A DNA stretch of 64,000 nucleotides from Candidatus Latescibacterota bacterium (lineage in GTDB: Bacteria; Latescibacterota; UBA2968; GCA-2709665). Shown here piece by piece: positions 50,053 through 59,266 of the stretch. How positions within the stretch are numbered: position 1 is the stretch's first letter; each line of letters starts with the position of its first letter. The DNA lies in assembly GCA_963662665.2 (NCBI GenBank), contig CAXXJS010000010.1, forward strand, positions 224,001 to 288,000, given 5' to 3'. Made by a program: the position numbers and the translations under genes. Below the pieces are notes generated by a model that saw only the letters and a list, made by a program, of their open reading frames with translations, had not been told where the DNA came from and did not search any database.

Positions 50053-51830
50053 AAACGAACCGAAAGATTCTCCTGCCATGGATTGTCCTCCTTACCGGAA
50101 CCCTGGCCTCCGGGTGTGTCTATTACAATACGTTTTATAACGCCCGAAAACAGTACCGGGAGGCGGAACGCAAAAGAGAGGAGGCCGAGAACGTGGCTGC
50201 CACCGGCCAGAAGAGCCGGCAGATGGTGTTCCGTTACCGCGAACTCTACATGCGGGCTATCCGCAAGGCCTCCATCATCCTCGACCGGCATCCCGACAGC
50301 AAGTGGGTGGACGATAGCCTTCTGCTCATCGGCAAGTCGTTCTACTGGCGTGACAGTTACCGTGACGCCCTGGTCAAATTCCAGGAGCTCCAGGACAATT
50401 TTCCGCAAAGCCTTTTGCTCACCGAAGCGATGTACTGGAACGGGCTTACGCTCTGGGCGGTCGGAAGAGCCGAAGAAGCCCGGCCCGTACTGGCGAACGT
50501 GGGTGAGAGTGCCCATCCGAAATTTTCCGCGCAAGCACGCCTCGCGCTGGCCGAATTGGAAGCTGAAGCCGGTGAGCACGCCGCGGCCATCAATGCGTAC
50601 CAGAAGCTGCTGAAGGGCAGTTCCAGGGGACTCGCCACGAAAATATGGGAGGGCATCGGGAACGCCAGGTTTCACCTGGAACAGTACGAAGAAGCCCTTT
50701 TGGCCTACCGCCGTGTTCTGAAAACAAAGCCGAAAAACAAGATCAATTACGAGACCCGCCTTCAGATCGGCCGGATTCTGGAACGACAGGGTAAGTTGGA
50801 CGAAGTGCTTGAGGAATACAGGCGAATTCTGAAGACCAAGAGCCTGAAATCCTACGAGCCCGACGTCCAGCTCAAACGGGCGAAGGTGTATCAACTCATG
50901 GGCAAGCAGGATATCGCCGATCAGATCTTCAGTGAAGTCATCGAGCGCAATCCGAGGACCGAGTACAGCGCGGAAGCGTACTACAGCCTGGCGATGGTGG
51001 CGCAGAGAACCCACAGAGATATGGAAAAGGCGAAGGAGCTTTTCGCAAGCGCCCGAAAAGAAAAGCCGGGATCCGACGCCGGCAGGGCGGCGAGAGACCG
51101 GGAAAGGGACCTGGGCAAGCTCGCGCGTTTCCAGAAGGCGGCCGCCAAGGGCAAGAAAAAGGGATTGAAAGCGCTGTTCAATGTGGCTGAAATGTATTTC
51201 TTCAACTTCTCCGAACCGGATTCCGCGCTCGCCACCTACCGCAGAGCGTACCAAATCGCCGATAGCCTGGATACCGAACTTGCGCCCAAAGCACTCTATG
51301 CCATTGGCCTCATCTACGCGGACAGCCTTAAGAACCGGGAAGCTGCCGAGAAGACGTTCCGGCAACTGATCGACGCGTATCCGGTCAACCCCTACGCGGT
51401 GGATGCCCGCCAGCGGCTGGTGCAGGCCCGTGAGGACGACGCCGGCGCGGAGGCCCGGTTTCGCGAGGCCGAAACGCTGATAAACAGGGCTGTAACACCA
51501 ACAGGCTATCTTGAAATTCTCAAACAACTGTCATCCGATTACCCGAACACCCCCTTTGCGGCCAAGGCACTTTATACAATCGCCTGGACCTACGCGAATC
51601 GCCTGGAGAACCCCGATACCGCCCGGGTCTATTACCAGCGGCTTGTGGACAGCTATCCTCTAACCGAATTCGCGGATATCGCCACCAAAAGCCTGAAGGG
51701 CGATTTTCTGAAGGCCATCGCACAATCCGATCCGGAAGCGGAATCTGCAGGAGGAACCGACGGAACGAGCCCTGCCAGCCGGAGGAATGATCATCGCCAG
51801 CCCGAGTCCGAAAACCCGCGAAAGGAATAG
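50049..51830 (+). CDS. TPR-repeat lipoprotein
   Basis: Lipobox LASGC followed by VYYNTFYNA; many TPR and 'L...YP' helical repeats. Confidence 0.85.
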   Translation: MKTNRKILLPWIVLLTGTLASGCVYYNTFYNARKQYREAERKREEAENVAATGQKSRQMVFRYRELYMRAIRKASIILDRHPDSKWVDDSLLLIGKSFYWRDSYRDALVKFQELQDNFPQSLLLTEAMYWNGLTLWAVGRAEEARPVLANVGESAHPKFSAQARLALAELEAEAGEHAAAINAYQKLLKGSSRGLATKIWEGIGNARFHLEQYEEALLAYRRVLKTKPKNKINYETRLQIGRILERQGKLDEVLEEYRRILKTKSLKSYEPDVQLKRAKVYQLMGKQDIADQIFSEVIERNPRTEYSAEAYYSLAMVAQRTHRDMEKAKELFASARKEKPGSDAGRAARDRERDLGKLARFQKAAAKGKKKGLKALFNVAEMYFFNFSEPDSALATYRRAYQIADSLDTELAPKALYAIGLIYADSLKNREAAEKTFRQLIDAYPVNPYAVDARQRLVQAREDDAGAEARFREAETLINRAVTPTGYLEILKQLSSDYPNTPFAAKALYTIAWTYANRLENPDTARVYYQRLVDSYPLTEFADIATKSLKGDFLKAIAQSDPEAESAGGTDGTSPASRRNDHRQPESENPRKE

Positions 51831-51894
51831 ACGACGGGATGAACCACCCTGATCTTCAATCCGATTCCGTATGTCCGCGTGACGCGTTCGCTCA

Positions 51895-52689
51895 ATGATT
51901 CCACACTTTACCCAGGAGAACGCCGAAGTTCTCGTCAACGAGCGGATCGCCCGAAACGTCTACCTGATGCGTCTTCGCGCCCCGCGAATTGCCCGGGCAT
52001 GCCGCCCCGCCCAGTTTGTGCAGATCCGGGCCGGCGCCGGCCCGGCGCCTTTTCTGCGCCGACCTTTCAGCGCGCTCCGGGTGGACCCGGACGCCGGGTG
52101 GCTGGATATCGTTTACGACGCGATCGGGGAAGGTACCCGCCGGATGGCCGGGTCCGCCGCCGGTCAGAATCTGGATATAATCGGTCCGCTCGGACGACCC
52201 TTCGAACCGGCCCGAAATGGTCGTGTGCTTCTGGTCGCCGGCGGGGTCGGTCTGGTCCCTCTCGCGTATATGGCCTGGTTCCATAAGGAACGGCGTGCTG
52301 AAATGGTCTTTCTGATGGGGGCTGCCAGCAAGGCGCGCATGCCCGACCTGGATCGTGTCATACCGGCCGATCTGTGTCGACGGCTGGCTACGGACGATGG
52401 CAGTCTGGGGCATCGAGGCCCGGTAACCGACTTGATTCCGGAGCAGGTTCTACAGGACGGAACGCAGGTCATTACCTGTGGCCCCCACGCGATGATGACA
52501 CGGGTCGCCAGGATCGCGGCCGGGTATCGTCTGCCCTGCTTCGCTTCCCTCGAAAACCATATGGCCTGTGGTTTTGGCGCGTGTGTCGGATGTGTGGTGG
52601 AATACCGGGAAGCGGACCGGGAAGACCATCGGTACAGGCGTGTCTGCGTGGACGGGCCGGTGGTGGATGCCCACGCGATCATCTGGTAG
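51895..52689 (+). CDS. pyrK: Dihydroorotate dehydrogenase electron transfer subunit
   Basis: LRRPFS, GPLG..F, AGGVG..P, CGP..M, E..MACGFGACVGC...C.DGPV. Confidence 0.93.
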   Translation: MIPHFTQENAEVLVNERIARNVYLMRLRAPRIARACRPAQFVQIRAGAGPAPFLRRPFSALRVDPDAGWLDIVYDAIGEGTRRMAGSAAGQNLDIIGPLGRPFEPARNGRVLLVAGGVGLVPLAYMAWFHKERRAEMVFLMGAASKARMPDLDRVIPADLCRRLATDDGSLGHRGPVTDLIPEQVLQDGTQVITCGPHAMMTRVARIAAGYRLPCFASLENHMACGFGACVGCVVEYREADREDHRYRRVCVDGPVVDAHAIIW

Positions 52690-52756
52690 CCGCTCCCCAA
52701 GACTCGTCTCGCCGCAGCCGGCGATCACTCAACCGAATTTTCAGGCCATTTCGCCA

Positions 52757-53680
52757 ATGGACCTTTCTACACACATAGGTGGCGATCTGACCATCCGCAA
52801 CCCGGTCATGATGGCCTCAGGCACCATCGGACACGGCGCCGAGTACACGGGCATGTTCGACTTCGCGCGTGTAGGCGGCGTGGTCACCAAGACCATCACC
52901 TACTACCCCCGTGCGGGTAACAGTGCCCCGCGAACCGCGGAAACCCCGTCGGGGATGCTCAATTCCATCGGCCTGACAAACCCCGGGCTGGACGCGTTTA
53001 TTGTGGAAAAGGTCCCGGCCTTGAAGGCGCTGCCTACAGCGCGGGTTGTCAGCATCGCCGGCACTTCGAACGACGAATTCGCCGAAATGACCCGGCGGTT
53101 CAGCGATATACCGGATATCGACGCCCTCGAATTGAACATCTCGTCGCCTAACATGAAAGACGGCGGCCAACTCTTCGGATGTCATGAGCAGGCCGCGCAT
53201 GATGTGACGGCAGCAGTAAAGGCAGTTTCCAGACTTCCGGTTATCGTCAAGCTCACACCCAACGTAACCGACGTCGCAGCCGTGGCGTCCGCAGTGGAAG
53301 AAGGCGGCGCAGACGGTATCGCGCTAATCAACACCTTGCTGGGGCTGGCCGTGGACGTCGGGTCCCGGCGCCCCATTCTGGGCAATATAACCGGCGGCCT
53401 TTCCGGTCCCGCCATCAAGCCTGTTGCGCTGGCGATGGTGTGGAAGGTCGCAAATGCGGTTACGATTCCAATTGTCGGCATGGGCGGTATCGCTACCGCT
53501 CAAGACGCGATCGAGTTTCTTATCGTTGGCGCATCCGCCGTACAGGTTGGAACCACCACTTTTGTCAACCCCTGGGCCGCCCTGGAGATTGTCGATGGCA
53601 TTTCCGAATACTGCCGCAGCCAACGGATCGGGCGTGTATCAGACCTCGTGGGTTCGTTCGAAACCGGCTCGCGGAACTGA
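52757..53680 (+). CDS. pyrD: Dihydroorotate dehydrogenase family 1B catalytic subunit
   Basis: NP.M.ASGT, GMLNSIGL.NPG, ELNISSPN, VKLTPNVTD, GGLSGPAIKP. Confidence 0.94.
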   Translation: MDLSTHIGGDLTIRNPVMMASGTIGHGAEYTGMFDFARVGGVVTKTITYYPRAGNSAPRTAETPSGMLNSIGLTNPGLDAFIVEKVPALKALPTARVVSIAGTSNDEFAEMTRRFSDIPDIDALELNISSPNMKDGGQLFGCHEQAAHDVTAAVKAVSRLPVIVKLTPNVTDVAAVASAVEEGGADGIALINTLLGLAVDVGSRRPILGNITGGLSGPAIKPVALAMVWKVANAVTIPIVGMGGIATAQDAIEFLIVGASAVQVGTTTFVNPWAALEIVDGISEYCRSQRIGRVSDLVGSFETGSRN

Positions 53681-54122
53681 CCGTGTCTCAATTCACATTC
53701 TCCTGATATTCGCAATCGGTCTGACTTCGGGCTGTTTCTCCAGACCGCGGTATCGCTCCTCGCCTCCCGGAAGCGAGTCAAAAAAAACATCAATCGAACC
53801 TCCCGAAATATCCACCGCAGACGCGTTTCAGGTTGGCCTCGCTTCATTTTATGCGCACAAGTTTCATGGCCGTCCCACCGCCAGCGGTGAGATCTACAAC
53901 ATGTACGGCCTCTCCGCCGCGCACAGGGAACTTCCTCTCGGTACCGTAATCCACGTAACCCATCTCGGCAACGGACGGAGCGTTCAGTTGAAGGTCAACG
54001 ACCGGGGACCCTTCATTGAAGGCCGGATTCTCGATCTCTCCCTTGGCGCCGCGCGTCGTCTGGACATGGTCGAAGAGGGCGTTGCCCGGGTTAAGATCCG
54101 GATTGTCAAGGCCATCGATTGA
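53634..54122 (+). CDS. rlpA: Septal ring lytic transglycosylase RlpA family lipoprotein (start uncertain)
   Basis: Lipobox LTSGC; GLASFY..KFHGR.TASGE, AAHR.LP.GT, VNDRGPF..GRILDLS. Confidence 0.85.
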   Translation: MYQTSWVRSKPARGTDRVSIHILLIFAIGLTSGCFSRPRYRSSPPGSESKKTSIEPPEISTADAFQVGLASFYAHKFHGRPTASGEIYNMYGLSAAHRELPLGTVIHVTHLGNGRSVQLKVNDRGPFIEGRILDLSLGAARRLDMVEEGVARVKIRIVKAID

Positions 54123-54171
54123 GGATATTGCAACGAAGCAGGAGATTCGCGTCGCTCCCCTCGGTGTGCGG

Positions 54172-55422
54172 TCAACGGTCGCGGCTGGATTCCCGTTGCG
54201 AAAGGGTACGGAAAGCGAACTGAGCGATAAAGTCGATACCCAGCAACCGACCCATCACCCGCCAGTCTTCAAGGTCGACGGCGCTCAGTCCCGGGCCGCC
54301 GCCGTCAAGCACCAGCGTGCCGACGTAGAGGCGCGAACCGTCCGGAGAAACGCCGATCGTAGACGCGGCATCGCCAACCCTCAGTTGATTCGAAATGAGG
54401 TTGCGCTGTACGTCAATGGCAAGCAGGAACCCGCCCGACAATGTCCCCGTGGAAGCTACGTAAAGTGTCCGGCCGTCCGGTGAGAACGCCAGTCCCCGCG
54501 CGGAATCTCCATTCAATTGAATGCCGTTTTCGACCTCATCCAAACTTAGATCCAGAACCGAAACGACGCCGCGGTCTACGTTGGTCACATACGCCCGCGT
54601 CCCGTCCGACGTAATTCCAATTTCACCGGGGACGCCGCCAATAATGATTTCGCTCGCGATTTCCCCGCTATCCACGTCGATGACCGAAACGTCGCGACTG
54701 TCGGCGTTCGCCACGTAGAGCTTTTTGCCATCCGGCGTAATTGCCAGGTCGATCGGTCTCTGTCCAACGGAAATCGTATCCACGGGAACCCGCGCCTCCA
54801 GATCCAATATTACCAGCCGGTTGTTCCGTTCTTCCGTTACGTATGCGAACCGCTCGTCCGGACTTAATACAACCCGTCCCTGGGATTCCGTGGGGATCGA
54901 GAACAGGGCTTCGTGATTCGTATCGATGGCAAAGAGCCCGAATCCTTCCGATACGTAGATCTTCCGCTCGTTTGCAGAGACCGCGATACCGGTCGGTCCG
55001 CGAAACCTGAGATAATCCGAAAGCAGATAGGATTCCGAATCAATGACCGCCGCCCCGCCCAGCACGGGGTCGAGCACGTAGATGGCGTGTCGCGTGTATA
55101 TCGGGGATTCGGAAGTGGCGCCGTACGCGGCGCCGAACGAGACGAAATCGGGAAAATTGATTGTGCCGTCGCCATTCAGGTCCATCCTGGCGTCGTACGC
55201 CGGTTCCCCTTCCCGGGCATTGAAACTGCGCGCGAATAGCAGAAAGTCCGAGAATCCGACAATGCCGTCTTCGTCAAAATCCGCCGCTGGCGGACCGCTC
55301 GTCTCCTGCGTTACATGCCCTTCCGGTTGCCATATCAACTCCGGATTCTGTCCATGCGCGTGGCATACGAAAACACAAATTAAAAAAAAGGCCCAAAGCA
55401 ATTGGCTTAGATTCCGATTCAT
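54172..55422 (-). CDS. Secreted protein with dockerin/EF-hand pair and YVTN beta-propeller
   Basis: ADFDEDGIVGFSDF and DLNGDGTINFPDF; repeats TPDGKKLYVAN / DGTRAYVTN / SPDGRTLYV. Confidence 0.85.
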   Translation of the reverse strand: MNRNLSQLLWAFFLICVFVCHAHGQNPELIWQPEGHVTQETSGPPAADFDEDGIVGFSDFLLFARSFNAREGEPAYDARMDLNGDGTINFPDFVSFGAAYGATSESPIYTRHAIYVLDPVLGGAAVIDSESYLLSDYLRFRGPTGIAVSANERKIYVSEGFGLFAIDTNHEALFSIPTESQGRVVLSPDERFAYVTEERNNRLVILDLEARVPVDTISVGQRPIDLAITPDGKKLYVANADSRDVSVIDVDSGEIASEIIIGGVPGEIGITSDGTRAYVTNVDRGVVSVLDLSLDEVENGIQLNGDSARGLAFSPDGRTLYVASTGTLSGGFLLAIDVQRNLISNQLRVGDAASTIGVSPDGSRLYVGTLVLDGGGPGLSAVDLEDWRVMGRLLGIDFIAQFAFRTLSQRESSRDR

Positions 55423-55503
55423 AATGCATCCTTTTCTAAAGGCGCTCAGGCCTTCTCATTGGTTCCACGATCCGATCCCGCGACAGTACGGGAGTCGCGG
55501 CCG

Positions 55504-56715
55504 TCAACCGGCCAGGGCCGCCCGCGCCACCCGGAGCATGTTGCCGCCCAGGATCTTTCGGATATCCGAATCTGAATAACCGCGCTGGACCATGCCCACT
55601 GTAAAGAGAGGCCAGTTGGTCCAGGCCAGACTCTTCACCATGTGATCCTGCCGCCATTGGGCGTCGAATGCATCCGGCGGCCAGAAGGCCGCCCACCTGG
55701 AACGCCGCTGCGAACGCGGCGCCTTTCTCCTTTCCGCGACGGACGCGCGCGAGGCGTAGGCCGTGTCCGTCCCGATCGTAACGTGATCGGCGCCGTACGT
55801 TCTGACCATATAATCGACATGATCCAGGAGCGCCCGTACGTCTCCGCTTCCGCCCAGAAATGCCGGAATGCAGCAGATGCCCACGTAACCGCCCGAATCC
55901 ACAATCGCACGGATCACATTATCCGGTTTGCACCTGATGTGCTCGTTCACTGAACAGCAGCCCGAATGGCTTGCCACCATCGGAACCGCGGAAGCTCTGG
56001 CCGCCTCCAGGCTGGTCTGCCAGCCCGCGTGCGCGACGTCAACAATCACGCCCACCCGGTTCATCTCGGCCACAACTGCCCCGCCAAAATCGCTCAATCC
56101 AGCGTTGGCCGGCTCGGCGCACCCGTCTCCCAGCATATTGCGCCGGTTGTAGGTCAGGTGCATTATTCTGATACCCAGTTGAAAGAAGATGCGAATATAC
56201 CTCAGTTCCTCCTCTACGGACACCCAGTCCTGTGAAAGAGGCACGCCGTTGCCGCTCATATAAAAACACTGTCTGCCCTGTACCTTGGCCGCCTCGATAT
56301 CCGCCGGCGTGGTTGCCCGCACCAGGAAATCCCTCATTACGTCGGCCACATAGGTAAACCTCGCGAGACGTTTAATCAACCGTAAAGGCGCCTGCCCCTC
56401 CTCGCCGGCGTTCTGCACGATACAGGTCACGCCGCCCGAACGCCATGCCCCCTGAAATTCCTCTCGCTCGCCCGAATCGGTTGCGCACCGGGTCATCGAC
56501 ATATCTTCATTCATATCGTTCAGCTCAGCATCCGACGCACCGGCTGCCACGGCAGCGGCCATCGCGTCTCCATCGATGGCTGCCCGGGGGGCGAATCCGT
56601 ACGTGTCACACACAATCGAGTCTGCGTGCAATGCCAGCCCGTGTTCCAACTCCGCCTTTCGCGGCTTCAATATCTGAAGCCCAACCTGCCGCGCCTCTTC
56701 GATTTTTTCATTCAT
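55504..56715 (-). CDS. Membrane dipeptidase (M19) family protein
   Basis: HLTYN.RN..GDG, GLSDFG..VV.EMNR.G..VDVAH, ASHS, IGTD. Confidence 0.85.
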   Translation of the reverse strand: MNEKIEEARQVGLQILKPRKAELEHGLALHADSIVCDTYGFAPRAAIDGDAMAAAVAAGASDAELNDMNEDMSMTRCATDSGEREEFQGAWRSGGVTCIVQNAGEEGQAPLRLIKRLARFTYVADVMRDFLVRATTPADIEAAKVQGRQCFYMSGNGVPLSQDWVSVEEELRYIRIFFQLGIRIMHLTYNRRNMLGDGCAEPANAGLSDFGGAVVAEMNRVGVIVDVAHAGWQTSLEAARASAVPMVASHSGCCSVNEHIRCKPDNVIRAIVDSGGYVGICCIPAFLGGSGDVRALLDHVDYMVRTYGADHVTIGTDTAYASRASVAERRKAPRSQRRSRWAAFWPPDAFDAQWRQDHMVKSLAWTNWPLFTVGMVQRGYSDSDIRKILGGNMLRVARAALAG

Positions 56716-56763
56716 CTCGTGTCCCCTGTCCGTGAAGAGCTTGCTGGCCTCCGAATTCCCTGA

Positions 56764-56922
56764 CAGTCCGTTGATAAAGTCGCTCTGCAGGCGAGGCCGA
56801 GAGATTGTGGCCGAAGACAAGGCGCGCGACCGCGTCGAATCGGGGATTCGGGGAGGAAGCGCAACGCAGTAATTCGGCCACAAGGGCCGGACGCAGCCCG
56901 GATGGACTTTTCCAACGGGCTG
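56764..56922 (+). mobile_element. MITE family 3, copy 1
   Basis: TIRs CAGTCCGTTGATAAAGTC...GACTTTTCCAACGGGCTG; internal TGTGGCCGA...TCGGCCACA hairpin. Confidence 0.82.
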
Positions 56923-57061
56923 CTAACACGAGAAAATATACGATAACGCGTGCACGCGATCAACGATGAGATTTCGGAAACCCGTGAGATCGTATCCGGT
57001 GGAAACCGCGAATCCGCGGTTGAGCGACAGCCGCCTTCAACGCGAATAACCCAAAAAAACC

Positions 57062-57090
57062 TTGCGTCTTTCGAATTTTCTCATACCTTT
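57062..57090 (+). promoter_or_regulatory. Putative promoter for the S1-domain gene, lying between the two MITE3 copies
   Basis: TTGCGT followed about 16 nt later by TACCTT in an AT-rich patch. Confidence 0.35.
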
Positions 57091-57133
57091 ATGTGTTTCG
57101 ATTCGAGGGCCGAGCGATGGGAGCGGGCGTTAA

Positions 57134-57293
57134 CAGTCAGTAGATTAAGTCGCTCTGCAAGCGAGGCCGAGAGATTGTGGCCGAAGGCAAGTCGCGCGAC
57201 CGCGTCGGATCGGGGGAATCGGGAAGGGAATGCAACGCAGTAAATCGGCCACAAGGGCCGGACGCAGCCCGGATGGATTTTTTTTGCGGGCTG
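57134..57293 (+). mobile_element. MITE family 3, copy 2 (direct repeat of copy 1, eroded TIRs)
   Basis: AAGTCGCTCTGCA.GCGAGGCCGAGAGATTGTGGCCGAAG...TCGGCCACAAGGGCCGGACGCAGCCCGGATGGA shared with copy 1. Confidence 0.82.
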
Positions 57294-57368
57294 TCAGGAT
57301 CCTCGCGCCGGGCGAGCGCGCGGGGGTTTGACCGAACATCGCCGGAAGAGGAGCATAAGAGAAGCCGC

Positions 57369-58595
57369 ATGAACGAACCGCGAAATGTCCATGAATTGGA
57401 CGAAAAGTACGTCGCCGACCGGTCCAGCGACGAGTTCGCAGCAATGCTCGAGAATGAATCAGATCAGGCGCCCGCGCCGATACTTTCGGTCGGCCAGCGG
57501 CTCTCGGGCCGCATTCAGTCCATCGATGAGTCCTCAGTATTTGTAAACTATGGAGGCCGAAGCGAAGCCGTTGTCGACGTCCAGGAACTGAAGGACGAAC
57601 ACGGGGAGGTCTCATGCCAGGTTGGCGACAACATAGAAGCCTTTGTCGCCTCGGTGGAGAATGAAGTCCGATTGACCCTGTCCCGGCGTACGGGAAACGT
57701 TCAGATTCTGCGTCAGGCCTACGAAAACAATATACCGGTCGACGGTCGGGTTACCGGTTTCAACTCCGGGGGTCTGGTTATCAACCTCGGTGGCCGGCGG
57801 GCTTTCTGTCCGGTTTCACAGATCGACACGGGGTACAGCAAAGATTTGGCGTCTTATGCCGGCCAGACCCATACATTTAAGATTGTCGAGTTTCGAGGCC
57901 GGGGTCGCAACATTGTGCTGTCGCGCCGCGCCCATCTGGAAGCCGAGGCCGCCCGCCGCGCTGACGAACTGCGGGAAAAACTCAGTGAGGGCGCCGAAGT
58001 CACGGGTAAGATCACCCGGCTTGAACGTTTCGGCGTGTTTGTCGACCTCGGTGGCGTGGAGGGGCTGGTCCACATATCGGAAATCGCACACAATCGCGTA
58101 GGTCATCCGAAAGACGTGCTCCGGTCCGGAGACGAAGTTACCGTGAAGATCCTCGAACTCAAGGGGCTCGGAGGAGATAAAGAACGGATTTCGCTCTCCA
58201 TCAAAGCGCTCCTGCCCGACCCGTGGGACGGTGCGGTGATGAAATATCGAGAGGGGGAGGTAATCACCGGAAAAGTCGTCTCGATCCAGCAGTTCGGCGC
58301 CTTTGTCGAAGTTGCTCCGGGTGTGGAAGGCCTGGTTCACGTCTCACAACTCGCTCGAAGCCGGGTTGCACGGCCCGCCGACGTCGTTTCGGTGGGGCAG
58401 GACGTCCGCGTCCGAATCCGGAAAATCGACCGCGACAAGAAACGCATATCACTTTCCATACGCGACGTACAGGAAGAAGAGAAGAAAGCCGTTGAAGTCA
58501 AGGAAATCGAAGCCTTCAAGATCAAGGAAAACTCGTCCGACGACAGATCTGAAAGCGTCATGGCCGACGCCCTCCGCCGTGCCGGATTGCTTTAG
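57369..58595 (+). CDS. Ribosomal protein S1-like RNA-binding protein with four S1 domains
   Basis: AFCPVSQID, FGVFVDLGGVEGLVHISEI, FGAFVEVAPGVEGLVHVSQL, RISLSI. Confidence 0.9.
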   Translation: MNEPRNVHELDEKYVADRSSDEFAAMLENESDQAPAPILSVGQRLSGRIQSIDESSVFVNYGGRSEAVVDVQELKDEHGEVSCQVGDNIEAFVASVENEVRLTLSRRTGNVQILRQAYENNIPVDGRVTGFNSGGLVINLGGRRAFCPVSQIDTGYSKDLASYAGQTHTFKIVEFRGRGRNIVLSRRAHLEAEAARRADELREKLSEGAEVTGKITRLERFGVFVDLGGVEGLVHISEIAHNRVGHPKDVLRSGDEVTVKILELKGLGGDKERISLSIKALLPDPWDGAVMKYREGEVITGKVVSIQQFGAFVEVAPGVEGLVHVSQLARSRVARPADVVSVGQDVRVRIRKIDRDKKRISLSIRDVQEEEKKAVEVKEIEAFKIKENSSDDRSESVMADALRRAGLL

Positions 58596-58670
58596 AAGCA
58601 GACCTGAGGATCCGGCATCCGGCCAGGTCTGATCTGGCCGGGGCGGCCGTAGGCGGCCACGGATCCCGAC

Positions 58671-59021
58671 ATGCCCCTTCATAACACAGATCCTGAAACC
58701 CTCCGCAAGGAAGTACGATTCCAGCCCTTTCGCGGCGGCGGTCCGGGAGGCCAGCACCGCAACAAGGTTGAAAGCGCGGTCAGGCTTGTGCACATTCCCA
58801 CCGGTATCACCGTCGTTGCGTCCGATCATCGGCTTCAGGGTCGGAACAGGGATCTTGCCCTCCTGCGTCTCCGTCGAATCCTCACCGGGTTGAACCGGCG
58901 AAACAAACCCCGCATACCCACCAGACCTTCACGAGCGTCCCGGGCGCGACGCCTGGAACAGAAGCGCCGGCTGTCGCGCAAGAAATCACTTCGCCGTATC
59001 GCTGAGAGCTCTTGCTTATAG
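58671..59021 (+). CDS. arfB: ArfB/RF-1-like peptidyl-tRNA hydrolase
   Basis: GGPGGQHRNKVESAVRL.H.PTG with basic tail R.PTRPSRAS..RRL..K. Confidence 0.85.
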   Translation: MPLHNTDPETLRKEVRFQPFRGGGPGGQHRNKVESAVRLVHIPTGITVVASDHRLQGRNRDLALLRLRRILTGLNRRNKPRIPTRPSRASRARRLEQKRRLSRKKSLRRIAESSCL

Positions 59022-59266
59022 TCTTCGAACCGGGGTTCCGGACAATCTCCGCGTCCTGTGTTATTCTGCACCCGCAGGATCCCGGGCAGGGTCCGGACGT
59101 GGACACGGCTATTTACCGGGACGGAACGCTCCCCGACTTTCGGCATTTTCAACCGTAACGCTGAATCATATCGAGGGTTGATGCGTCTTAATGTTATGTG
59201 TTCCGACGGACGTCCTGAGTTGCAGAGCCCCGAAGTTTACCTGACGATCAACCGAGCGTCTTCGCT

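Noticed and set aside
56764-57293. Direct repeats considered as a CRISPR array or riboswitch tandem
   Set aside because: Only two ~160-bp units with terminal inverted repeats; no short repeat-spacer periodicity, no cas genes, no recognisable aptamer
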